Source of the DNA: Antedon mediterranea
Lineage: Eukaryota; Animalia; Echinodermata
DNA length: 64,000 nucleotides
NCBI RefSeq assembly: GCF_964355755.1
Contig: NC_092680.1
Location: 8,618,001-8,682,000, forward strand
Direction: 5' to 3'
Both the position numbers and the translations under genes were made by a program. Under the pieces are notes generated by a model. It did no database searches, was not told where the DNA came from, and worked only from the letters and a program-made list of their open reading frames with translations. Positions 42,301 to 54,693 of the stretch are shown in pieces (within the stretch, counting starts at the first letter, position 1; the number at the start of each line of letters is the position of its first letter).

Positions 42301-42790
42301 TGCATGACGATTGGTGTGTACTGCATGACGATTGGTGTGTACTGCATGACGATTGGTGTGTACTGCATTACGATTGGTGTGTACTGCATGATAAATGTGA
42401 ACTGAAGGCAGAGGAGGCGTTCCATACAGCTCTGCCCACTTTGTTAAAGCTCATGCATAAATTATTCATGAGCACCGTCCTGTGGCTTTCCATCGTGTTT
42501 CGTAAAGTCCCTGTTGTAATTTCTAAACAAGGTTGTTAAATGAATATTTTTTTCTCTACCTATGTTTACATACTTTACAAACCTGGCAAGTTGTTTACTT
42601 TTAAAGGATGAAAAGGGTACAGTATACAAGATTTGTAGAAAGATAACAGTTAATTTGGAGTATTGCAATTTTATATATTTCAGGATGGTGGTATGAGATT
42701 GAAGAACCAGTAGGAAAGAAGCCAGTAAAACCAAAGTCTTACGGCGCTAATTTTTCATGGAGTAAACGTACGAGAACTAGTACAAAATAA
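39363..42790 (+). CDS. NDUFS4: NADH dehydrogenase (ubiquinone) Fe-S protein 4; exons 39363-39421, 39803-39872, 40343-40518, 40733-40806, 42684-42790 (a small extra exon near 40200 is possible)
   Basis: Basic transit peptide [20 protein letters not shown]; [23 protein letters not shown]; [18 protein letters not shown]; DPLSN; FAEKNGW; [18 protein letters not shown]. Confidence 0.96.
41283..42431. mobile_element. Foldback element: ~475-500-bp inverted arms built from a 21-bp tandem unit (catgcagtacacaccaatcgt), ~170-bp spacer
   Basis: Left arm ~41283-41760 and right arm ~41933-42431 are reverse complements, including unique ends tatggaacgcctcctctgccttcagttcaca and aaatattgcgtaatttataccgccacc...gacggctgtaaaacta. 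Confidence 0.9.
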
Positions 42791-43176
42791 TTTTAGATTA
42801 TAATATTATTAATTTAGTAGAATGGTTGAATGCTTACTCACATAACCCAAGCAAATAACAGGAAATAGTAAGTGAGTGATGATGTGCTGAAATGACTTGT
42901 AAATGTTAGTGTTTCTAATGGAGTAAAAAACATTAAAATATTATTGTTTGTTGACTTTTTCTAATTTCTTGATTCTTTATGCGTATTCGACTTGGCTATT
43001 TTGAGCAGATATAGCTTTTCAAATTCCTCGCTGTTTATATGTAAGCATTGGGAGTAGATCACCACAATATGTTTGTGAGTGACCACTCAAATTGAGTTAA
43101 ATAGTGAAATAGTTCGAATTGAGTGTTGCTACCTGGGAATCAGATACCTCACTACTAGTCGTTTATAATCAACCAT

Positions 43177-43543
43177 CACATTGGGCAATATCGATCGACG
43201 ATAATTAGATAAATAAGAATTTTTCACACCTGAAACAAAAGACATTTAAAAAGTTTTCATAGGATAGCCATCTATGCTGCCTTTGATGAAAATTATATTT
43301 TCATACGTCCAATCAAATGACGTTATGATTGGTAAGAGCAATAATATCATGACTATACAACGATGTTATTGTTTTACTGATCATGATGTCATTTGATAGG
43401 ATTTTTAAAAAAATCATTTTTATCAAGACAGCATAAATGATTTTCCTATAATTCTAGAACAAAAACTTATCTAATTTCTTTTGTTTTATTCAAGAAAAAT
43501 GTATGTTTATCGTCGATCGTTATCGTCCTAGTGTAAATGGGCC
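43177..43543. mobile_element. Decayed palindromic MITE
   Basis: atcgatcgacgataa / ttatcgtcgatcg and tgctgcctttgatgaaaat..tccaatcaaatgacgttatgat / atcatgatgtcatttgatagga..ttttatcaagacagca mirror pairs. Confidence 0.55.
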
Positions 43544-44355
43544 TTAAGCCTACATTTGTCTAGAATACAACTGATTACCTCTAGTTGTAGTGATACAGCA
43601 TTGTGATTGCATCAGTTTCATTTAATTACTACTTATTGTATTATAAACTAGAGGCTCTAGAAAAATGTAAAATATTCATGCGATGACTTTGTTGCGTTTC
43701 TTCCAGGGTTGATTTAGGGTCACTAAAAATTCCTCTTTATAGTAATTTTCCAAACAACATGATTTAATATGTATTTCGAATAAACTACATAAGCACTTTG
43801 GTTTACATTATATTTAAAATCAAACAGTACAAGCATAAGTAACTAATAAATACTGTACAAAATATTACATATTAAAACATTCTAGTGTTTATAAAATGTA
43901 CAAAGGTATAATAACACAAGATAAAACACAAAGCACCATTTATAAATGGTTAATAAAATATGTTACAGTAGTGAGTACTGTAATGAAAATAGTGAATTCA
44001 TAGCATTAAAGCACATGCAAAAACTTGAACAACAGATTAACAATATACAGTAGTTTGAAATTGCACAAAAGAAATAATTAAGTAGAAAACATGATAAAAC
44101 TACTGTACTACTAATATATCTCAATATTAACAAATTATCTCATAAAAATGCTTTTAAACACATGCTTTGGCAGGACGATAGAAACAACCTAAATACTGAA
44201 AACACTTGGCGCGCACATCATATATTAAGTTTTCCTTTAAAAACAATTGATTCTATTGTTATTGGACTATCGCCATGATCACAGAATGTTGGAAAATGAA
44301 TTTAAATTTTTGGCAAGTTTAAATTGAGTCAAATTCCAGCCAATACATTAAGTTC

Positions 44356-44491
44356 ATTCAAGGTGTACAGTAGTTCTAGAACTATCTGGGTGCCCAGATG
44401 CAAGTTAAACAAGACATTTAAAGTATTCAAGGTGTACAGTAGTTCTAGAACTATCTGGCTGCCCAGATGCAAGTTGAACAAGACATTTAAT
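44356..44491. repeat. ~69-bp tandem duplication
   Basis: attcaaggtgtacagtagttctagaactatctgg.tgcccagatgcaagtt.aacaagacatttaa x2. Confidence 0.85.
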
Positions 44492-45377
44492 GTAGAGCTT
44501 TATTACCGATACTTTTCTAGGCATATCAAGTGACGTGGTAATGACACAATTGAACTTGCATGTAAATATCTACAAAGTACAAGTCTAATGTAAAGTAACA
44601 TTGATGAATTACATGTACGGTTGTCCACACCAATAGCTTCATCCATTCACTAAGAGCCTACTGCTGTTAAATCATCTTCATACATACATCAGAATGTTAT
44701 CTTCATATTCAATTGGGTCATTCAATTATTTCAGCCTTGTATTTTGGAATGAACATTTGACATTCTTTATAATAAATTAATGATTAAATACTTGGTAGAA
44801 AGAATTTTAAAATAGAAGAAATTATGAAAATTTGTACAGCAGTAAATTAATTCGGTAAAATCTCCCAATATATACAAAAGCTCTTATATACAAGCACCAT
44901 TCAGGTAGTTAAAATTGATTTTTTTAAATTTTACACAGAAACAGGCAATCGTATCACTGACCTGCTGCTATTTCTCCTATTTCTCCTATTGAATGTTTCT
45001 ACAGAATACCAACGCTCTAAAATGTCAAATTGATAAGTGCAGCACGTATTTTATCCGACTGCATTTATGACTTTTATGTGTTTTAGAGATGAACTTAGAA
45101 AATTGACAATTTATAATGTTAGACTTGAGTTGGTATCTTTAACATTCTTAACACCATTGGTTCTCAATTACTGTAAGCATACATATTGATGCAATAATAA
45201 TCAAGTTGGTGCAGCCCTAGCACAATCTCTTATACTGTAGTATTCATAATTGCAAGAGGTTATTGCAGCCAATCAGTTCAATTATGAACATCCTGCACAA
45301 TTTACTGCAGCAACTTCAGGGAAAACCCTATATAAATAACTCAATTACTACTGTAATTAAAGTAGAATACAACTACT

Positions 45378-48300
45378 TCATATACGATTTGAATCTACCT
45401 CATCTACACCAATAAGTAATTGTATAAGCCTTGTAAAACCACTGCGAACTGTTGAACTGTCATTAATTGAACTAGCATGCACTATCCATGGACGACCATC
45501 TCCTATCATCTCAAGGTCCAGCAACTCAGTGATCTGAATAAAATGATAGCAATAGTTGATTGCAAATCAGCAGCCAGAACATTACAATTATATAAATCCA
45601 AAGGCAAATTTATTATTATCGGTGCTATATTTCAAAACGTTTTTAAAAAACACAAGTTATCAATATCAACTGTCATGTCTTGACATGGGATAAAAACCAT
45701 CTATAAATATTTACCTCTTCAATGCTCCTTGCTCCTTCTTTGTCCTGACAATGTGCCAACACCAGCAGTGGTAACCCTTTCAATGCATTGTTACAGAGAG
45801 CAGCCTTCATTTCATCACCTATCATCTGCAACTGGTCTTCAGTACTTGCAGAATCCACAACAAATATAACCGCTTCAGCTCCATCAAAGTAACGATTCCA
45901 ATACTGCCGTACTTTATCACCACCTGAAAACAAAATATGTGAAATATAAATTTGTTTGTATCTCTCTCTCCCATCCTCAGTAATGCACTATTCAATTGTA
46001 TGACCCACTATACGACCCCCGGGAGAGGTGCGTCATTTGAGTAAAAAAGTGACCTACTGAACCCAAAAGGGACCAAGACGGACTCATTATGACGCACTGT
46101 GACCATGTTGTTTATGATATTTAGGTGGTAAAGTGACGGACATTGACACACCATTGTTCATTGATGTGACGTACCTTCTAGGTTTTTTGACGCACCCCTG
46201 CGTCAGTAATTATTTGTAAATGACGCACCTCTCCCGAGGGACGTATAGTGGGTCATACAATTGACAAGTGCATAATGTATCTAAAACCTTATTGGTCAAG
46301 CTCATAGTCCAGACCTACAATACATTATGTCACAGTATGAAACAGATAATCTTTTGTTCAGACTCACTCACGGATGTAGTTACTGTACAAAATTTAAGGG
46401 TAGTTGGAACAATATTTTAAATATGAGTAACAACTACTGTACATTCGTGTTTATCACCATTTAAATTATATTTAGTAACAAGACTAGAATGACAAACCTC
46501 CAAGTTCTTTAATGCTTAAAATGGCATCATCAAATCCAATAGCCTTGATACTAAAACCTATTAAAAGTAAACAAATATTACACAATACATTTACACTTTA
46601 ATTGTTTTTATTGATAAGAATTACTGTAAAAGGTGCAAATAGTCAAATTTGCAAAATAAAAATGAAAATATACTGGCTGCAGGATATATGTTGTAGGGAC
46701 TCAACTTAAATTTTTTTTCTGTTTAAAACAAACTAATAGAGAGAAATGGCGAACCGACGTCTAAAATCCGAGTGGGTATAAAATCATAACAAACCGTTGA
46801 GGGCGACACATTTCCTATGTTTATACACGTGAATCATGGCGTTGTCTAACCAATGTTGTGGCTGTAACGCTCATAATTCTTGTTGTATTTGTGTATTTAC
46901 ACAATAAAACAATGAAATATGTATAAAAGTCATCCATCATTCACAATCATATTTCTAAAAATATCTCATATCTGTAAGTCTACATTAGACTAGGCCTATA
47001 GTATTATAGTAGAATGGTGTTATCAAGTATTCATTACTGGCGGTAGCCCCCCTGCAGGAAGCATCACTAGCCACATAACAAAATGTCAGTTGTCAAGCTG
47101 AAACTAATGCTAGGCCTACATCTACTAGAGATGCTCTATTTAGTCTTACTACCTAGCTAGGAGACGCCTAGCAGCACCCTAGCTAAAGTAGTAGTAGTAG
47201 TACAGTATGCAATAACGAATTTCCAATATTATTTAATATTATTATAATAACCGATAATCCGTGCTAGGCTCGAGGTACTACAGCATACAAGCCAACTATC
47301 TAGGGCCTAGAGCTGGGTACAGTATATAACAAAAACGCGTCTTAATTCAATCCAAATTAAAATAAAATATGTTAAGATTTGCCCATATAACATTAAAATT
47401 GTTAAGGGTGTTGCAAAAAAAAAAAGATACTGCTATTATGTGTGTTAAACGTTCTTTTCTACCTTCCTTTTTAACTCAACCCATCGGAATTTCCCATCAT
47501 ACAAAAACATGTGGCGAAATGGTTTGTTTACAATCTATACCCACTCGGTGAAATTTGAGTGACGTCATCGCGGTTTGCCATTTCTCTCTATTTAATCTCT
47601 CTCTTTTAAACTTTTATACATTATTTAATTTTTTTATTTTTTACATTTATTTTCTGTATTTTGTGTATGTAAACACGCTAGAGAATTAATATAATGAAAT
47701 AATATATTAAATGCTTAAACTTTCAATAATATTAATAATTCAGTAATTTTAAATTTTTTTACTATTAGTTTCTTAAATATTTTCAGGATACTACTACTGT
47801 ATAGTGTCTCTTACCTACAGTTGGTACAATTGAACTTTCATCTTCCCCACACAAGTTTGTTAAAATTGTTGTCTTGCCAACGTTAGACAAACCTAAACAC
47901 ACAGCTGAATATTCAGGTCTAGATACTGGTGGTTGCTTGCAACATAATGCCTGGCAGCACTAAATACAAATGGTTTAAAACTATAGTATTATATTGAATC
48001 AAAATATTTGTGTCAACTGGATGAACTTGAATTATTTTGTAGGCATTTGTAAATCTTAAATGTACTGTGACTCAAAGTAGGCCTGCAAGCAATATTTACT
48101 GTAGTAACTAATATTCACATTCGTATACTATTGTGCTTTACACACAATGCCTCTATCTCTTCACATTATTACCCCAATAATAATAAGTTTTTTATCAAAC
48201 ATGATGACGTATGACAACATATTCGCTCCCATAATGCAGCTAGTAATCCTGAAACGCAATTAATTAATTGTGTTTTGACCTTAATTAAATAATACTTTTT

Positions 48301-51300
48301 AAAAAACATTAACAATGAAACAATATTCAATAATTGAATTATTAATTATTAAACATATAAAATTACTTTAATTTAAAAAAAAGTTTATTTATTATACAAG
48401 CAGTAATAGATGCACGCCTAAATCCTCTCTTAAGTTGTAAATAAAGCCAGCCAGGGTCCAAAGATTTTAAATCAGGCATGCAATGGACAGTGTCCACCAT
48501 CCAGCTAGGCCTAGTGCCAGTGTGAGTGGTGTTGCAAGCTAGAGTACTGTAGAGCTAGTACTAGTAGGCCTACCTAGCTAGAGAGTAGAGATGAGATGAG
48601 CCATATGCAGGCCTCCTAGGCCTGGCCTATAGGCCTCTCTAGTCTACTTAGCCTAGACCTAGGCATAGTCTTTTTTTTTAGTCTTAGAATAGAGAGAGAG
48701 AGGCCTAGCCTACCTAGTAGTAGTAGGAGGAGCCTATTATTATGGGATCCAGTCAAGTCGCCCCATCGCAAAGTCGCCCCATCGCAAAGTCGCCCCATCG
48801 AAAAGTCGCCCCATCGAAAAGTCGCCCCATCGCAAAGTCGCCCCATCGCAAAGTCGCCCCAACGCAAAGTCGCCCACGGTTTATTTTGGTAGTTAGTACG
48901 CTGTTTTAATCATCGGTTGGGTTTGACATGGGTTGATTACTTTGGTCGCGCTAAAAGTCGTATACATTATAATGTTTATCCTATTATACATAATTTGTGT
49001 TTTAATTTTTATTTTACAGGTTTTAATGGAGTGATGTGCTTTTTAAAAATCATTAGAAAAATAGTTCCTTGTTTGAAAGTTCTAAAAAGATTATCCTTGA
49101 TTTATAGCTTCAAAAATTTTAATTTAATATGATTTTAAAATTAGTTACCAGAGCCACAATTACGAATCTTTCTTCAACCTACGCGTGGATACCAGCTCAT
49201 TTTTTAGGATAATATAATAAATGTATAAATGTGTAGTAGGCCTTCGTATAGATTACAATAACAGCGTTGTAAGAGTACAATGAGTGTTATAGGCTTATTG
49301 ATCATTTTGCATTTTTTTATTGACAAGTTATGTGTCTATTGTTATTTTATTTTATTTCATACTCATCCAACAGCGAGTAACCCGCCAATTACAGGATGGA
49401 TAAACTATTTAATAATTTCACAAGATGCTCTACATAAACAAAGACTTATTATTAAGTCTTAACCCTGACATATGACAGGACTTGAACCCAGGACCCTTAG
49501 ATTGGTAGCCAAGCATCATAACCACCAAGCCACTTTTCTAAATGAAGAAATAAAAAATACTCCAAAAAAAAAAAGGATTTCATCGCCGATATGATCGTTT
49601 TATACATGCAGGTATTTTAGCAAAATTAAAACGCTACATTTTGACCATGGAAAAACCATCGTAGAGTATCGTGTGCGTGTTTTTCAAAAAGGGGGCGTGT
49701 TTTTTAAAAAGGGGAATCCCCGACGGTCAGCAGAAAGACGTAGCAGCTGTGAGAAAACAGATACCAGAAGGCGCAGCTCTGATTGGTTTCAGATTGCGAG
49801 TCGCCTTTTATTCAACAGTACAGTGATCATATCATTTTACTGAAGAAATTCTTTTCAACCCTTTTGGTAATATATAGAACATTCTAATTATCATGCCTAA
49901 TAAATATCCTCATATCGGGTGTTTATTTAATTTTAAATTAAACAAGACAGTGAAGAGACACGGAATAATACATACACGGACGTACGACGAATACACACAC
50001 GCACGCCGTCATCATTTACGACATAAGTGGTTATTTGATGCAATTTTATAATGGATATAATGATGGGATTGCCTTTCAAGGATTATAATCAATGTTAATT
50101 GTAATACTAATAATAGTAAACTGAATATTTATAAATAAATTGTTTTACGTAATTTGTTGCATATAAAATAAAAGACACAGACGTAGCCTACGTTCCCTAT
50201 CAAATATTTCACATTTAAATAATTATGTACTGTTAAATGACATTATGCCGAATAATACTATAATCTTAAACTTATGTTTACAAATTGTCATTTTTTAAGG
50301 CACACATCTTTCTCATCATAAACCTGTAAAATAAAAAAAAACTCCGGTGGGGTTTCACCATCTTCAGATGGTGCGTTGCATAGTGCGACAACGGCTGAGT
50401 AATTACGGGGTTTCCCTCTGGTGAGCTCAGTGCGACCGCGGAGTGATTAGTCGGGGGCTTCCTCTCGGCGCTACTGCAGTTTCGCACCACACCGTTATAT
50501 CTTCGATTTCTCACCTAAATTTTTTTTGTTACACTCACAACATAATATTATGTAACATGTTTATACGATTCGACCACTTACGAAGTAATTTTTTTTAAAT
50601 AACAATACTTTTCAAACATTTTAAACAATACTGAACTCAATGTCAACACACTGCGAAATGTTCGCCATCTTATATTTATCACTTAATTGCCAGAATGTAT
50701 GCTTCATTTTCCCCAAAAAATGTAGAAACTATAGAGGCCAGTGTTATAAAATCCGATTACACATATATAGGCCTAGGCCTATTTAGTTTTGAAAGGCAAC
50801 AAATATTTTCAGCTGGCGAAAGAGAGGTTTAATTAATATTTCATTATTAATATTAGTATTATTATTCATATTAATAGGTCCTATCAATGTTTTATGTACA
50901 GACTCATATCGTCGCCGTTTTGATATGTACAGCTAGCTGGTTCTTTATAAAAACCACTCTTTGCAGTTTAAAAATAAAAACAGAAAATAAAATATACATT
51001 GATTTCTGGCAATTTTCTGATTCTAAAATGGCCACAGTTCGATCGAGGTATTCGCGGAAATGGAGCTGTTTTGAAAGGCATTTTTTATTGTGATAAAGGT
51101 AAATATAACGGTGGCTAAATCATGGAAACATGTTACATAATGGCCCAAAATTGTATGATGTGGGTGTGAGAAAAAAATTAAGCAATAAATCGAAGATTTA
51201 ACAGTGTGGTGCAAAACTGCAGTAGCGCCCTTCCTCTCTGCTGACGATCGTGTAACTGTCCTGAGACTACATGGCGGGGCTTCCCATTTTAGGCCTATGC

Positions 51301-51684
51301 CTACACGTTCCGTGTTATTTTGTGTATCATTGCGACATTTTACGCACTTGTAAACTATTTTAACGTTTTGGGGCGACTTTGCGATGGGGCGACTTTGCGA
51401 TGGGGCGACTTTGTTTTGGGGCGACTTTGCAATGGGGCGACTGTGTAAGGGGCGACTTTGTATGGGGCGACATTGCGATGGGGCGACTTGACTAGCGTCC
51501 ATTATTATATGCCTACTAGGCTAGGCCGCCTAGTATCTATATAGGCCTAGGCCTATAGGCTAGCTAGGGGCTAGGCCAACAACACTATAATGGTTTCTAT
51601 AGCTGTTTCAGTTATACTTACCGTGTAAAAACAAATCCTACATGCTCCTACTAGAAACCCACATGACTCACATAGATTAGGCAT
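45378..51684 (-). CDS. ARL15: ADP-ribosylation factor-like GTPase 15; exons 51684-51622, 47959-47815, 46557-46498, ~45923-45715, ~45533-45378
   Basis: ALCCKQPPVSRPEYSAVCLGLSNVGKTT (P-loop), VPTVGFSIKA, KELGGGDKVRQYWNRYF, VIFVVDSAS, LPLLVLAHCQDK.GARS; matches ARL15-specific LCCK.PP..RPEY and KELGG motifs. Confidence 0.95.
45981..46276. mobile_element. MITE with ~55-bp TIRs
   Basis: atgcact..tcaattgtatgacccactatacg.ccc.cgggagaggtgcgtcattt / aaatgacgcacctctcccgagggacgtatagtgggtcatacaattga..agtgcat. Confidence 0.8.
46736..47591. mobile_element. Decayed inverted-repeat element
   Basis: atagagagaaatggcgaaccg...ccgagtgggtata / tatacccactcgg...cggtttgccattttctctctat. Confidence 0.6.
48745..51500. 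mobile_element. ~2.75-kb non-autonomous MULE/foldback-like element with tandem 16-bp subterminal repeats, in ARL15 intron 1
   Basis: Left end gg..agtc(aagtcgccccatcgca)x~8, right end (gcgatggggcgacttt)x~8 ..gact..cc; flanking attattatg / attattata (8-9-bp TSD); no transposase ORF seen. Confidence 0.85.
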
Positions 51685-52662
51685 ATTGCTTTAATCTCCT
51701 TTTTAATATAAAGTTTAGAAAATTGGAAAAATCATTGCAAAATCAAGATACCGCCGCCGCCCCCAAACAATTTTTTCTCTCTATAGTTTTCTTTAATTCT
51801 TCTATCTGAATAGGTTAGTCTTTAAAGTACAGACTTTAAAAAGTGTCTTAAAATACGGCGGCTGTACACACCTTATTTTAATAATAAAAGATTCTCAATT
51901 ACGTCATAGTTTAATGAACCAATTGCAGAGGCTTAATTCTACGTCAAGTTGTGACATGTTTGTAACGCGCGGGACAAGCACATGCTCGTATTTTTGTTTA
52001 TTTTTGCTGTGCACGTCAGTCAACGTCATGTTCATAATATTTTGAGTATTTAGGGAGAGGCCTAGTAGGTTGAGGTAGGCAGAAGAGGGAAGGTTCTCTT
52101 TTACACCTAACTAGGCTGGGTTGTCTAGAAACCATTAATATTATTAGATTAGTTAGCCTATTCTATCAAATAGTTAGGCCTAGCCTTTAAACTTAGAGCT
52201 AGTAGGCCTAGGCCTAGTAGTAGTAGGCTAGGCCTTAGGGCCTAGCCTACTTTTAGGCGGTACTTTTACTTTTAGGCTACTAGGCTAGGCGGGCTCAGGT
52301 AGGCTAGCCTACTAGGCCCACTACTAGCCTAGGCTAGATAAGCCTCCTGACTGTAGAGGCTAGGCCTAGGTCTAGGTTACTACAAGCTAGCTATAGGGGT
52401 AAATAAATAGGCCTAGCCTATAGGGCCTAGCTAGTGTAGTAGTAGTAGATAGGCTAGGTATGCTGCATTCATTTTTTTTTCTGTAATTGTTGTGTCTTGC
52501 GTACGTATCTCTAAAACTTGCAAACATAACATTTCATAACTTTCTCAACATATTGTCATTTATGTTAAAGTTGTGCAGCTAACATATTCATGACGTTTAC
52601 AATTGTGCAACGTCACTTACGCACGATTTTATAAATTTCGCGTTTTTAACATAGGTTGAAAA

Positions 52663-53201
52663 GGTAACGGGACGATTCGGCCCTGAGATGATTCGGCCCG
52701 GGACGATTCGGCCCTGGGACGATTCGGCACACTTAAATTTATCGCCTTTGATGCATTTTATAAGCATAAAATAAGCTTTTTTCCCCAAACTTTATTTTCA
52801 GAGAGACTGTGGGGTAGTACTACTAGGGATAAAGATGCAATAAAGCAAACATTTTGAAAACATTGTCGAAAATGATCATTTTTTAGTCACGCGAACGATG
52901 TAAACAAGTTACGCCCTCTGTTGGCCACTTGGCGAATGCAAGGTTTTCGAAGTAATAAATTGAATATAAAATTACGTTTTTTTAGTAATTTATTATGTAT
53001 ATTATATCAACATTGTCAATATCAATAAAATACGGATTGTTAAACACCTTTAAAAACTTGATAAATACCAAAAAAATAAATATGAATTTGGTCTAAAGTG
53101 AGACGTTTCGGCCCACAAAGTGGATGTTTCGGCCCAAAAGTGGGCCGAAACGTCTCACTAAAAGTGGGCAGAATAGTCCCGGGCCGAAACGTCCCTAAAC
53201 C
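52663..53201. mobile_element. Non-autonomous element with tandem subterminal repeats and 8-bp TSD
   Basis: gttgaaaa|ggtaacgggacgattcggccc(x4)...gggccgaaacgtccctaaacc|gttgaaaa. Confidence 0.8.
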
Positions 53202-54693
53202 GTTGAAAACAACGAAATAACATTTTAAATTGAAACTTACCAAAAGTGTAATTTATATCATGCGCAAACTTTCTGATCTGTTGAGGGAAAAAATGGTATG
53301 TTTCACAGAAAGTTACACAAAAAAATCAACTTTCTACACGTTTCATGTCATTTTATGCATGTAAAAATGTCCATGCATGTGGTGTGCACGTAGCTTTAGC
53401 AACATAATTTTTTCATGTGAATTACTGTATTTTTTTCCAGCCTTTTCTAGTAATTTTACCAAATTTTAAACAATTTCGACTTAAAATAATGTTATACGCG
53501 CACGTCAAATTAGACAATTCGCGCACATTTTTACTCTACAGCTCACTATGATGCATGCGACTGTAGCCATGTAATGGCCTTGTTGATGAAAAAGTTCATA
53601 GTTTCCAAACTAAACAGTGAAGTTTATTTTTATATCATATTCTGGAAATTGATGAGTTGTATATCGGATCACGCATCAATATGGCTAACCAGACATTGTG
53701 ACATCATCGTATTCCCACTCGAATATAAAATATAAGATTTTTGTCATAGCTCATCACATTTAATAGAGCGCATCTCCGCTATGTGTTCCATTGCCCCCCA
53801 GAATTTGATATTGTCTAAGTCAATCAATTATTTTCGCATGATTTACAATTTTAAAAATTGTTATGACATCATTATGTTTAAAAGCGTAAATAGCTAGGGT
53901 CACTTATTTTCATCATTCCAGTAAATTTCAATATCTTATAACTCCTCAGAATGAAAAGTGATACTTTTATTATTAAAACGTTTTTGTACAAATTTTGAGC
54001 ATAGGATGTTGTGACATCACCATATGGCCATTTGAATTATAAAAGCCGTATTTTCATATTTTGCGTCATAGTTCATAACATTTAAAAGAGCACTCATCCA
54101 TGTTCTACATATTCAAATTTCTTCAACACGTTAATATGTTGTTGCTCAGATAATTCCCTTCCAAAATTGCTATCTACGTGTTTTATTTTGATGACATCAT
54201 CATGTTAAAAATTGGAATAAAAGGTGGTTCCCGTTATTTTCACCTATTCTGCACTGTATGTAGTATATTGTGTACAGTATATACTGTATACTTAGACACA
54301 AAATAGAGAGCACACTAACATTTTATTTTCTTCAGGTCACAATGGCATTTTTTGTGCTCAATATTCTAACGTATGGCGTGCACATGGCATTTGCGCAGCA
54401 GATAACCTAACTCGTACATAGTGACGATTTCGAATCTAGTTAACTAACTAATTTGCGGTCTTGTCTTGTTTTAATTTGGTTACGATAAACTCAACTGGTA
54501 TTTACTAGACTTTGGAGCACCGCCAGCTAAAAGAACTTAAGCCAAAGAAGCTGTGGTTACGGTTCCGACGACGGAACGCAACTGCCCATTGTTAAAGATC
54601 CGACATTGAATTGGATACAGGCAAAGTTTAAGAATATAAACTTTACTCATTTGTTTTCAGATAATTGATCTACAGTACGAGTAGCCTACCATC

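Noticed and set aside
41238-42539. ORFs with (MQYTPIV)n, (HAVHTNR)n and (CMTIGVY)n repeats; superficially CRISPR-like array
   Set aside because: Products of a 21-bp minisatellite that is open in several frames on both strands, inside an NDUFS4 intron; no unique spacers, no cas genes, eukaryotic context
48616-51502. ORFs MRWGDFAMGRLC... and MDASQVAPSQ...
   Set aside because: Translations of the 16-bp subterminal transposon repeats
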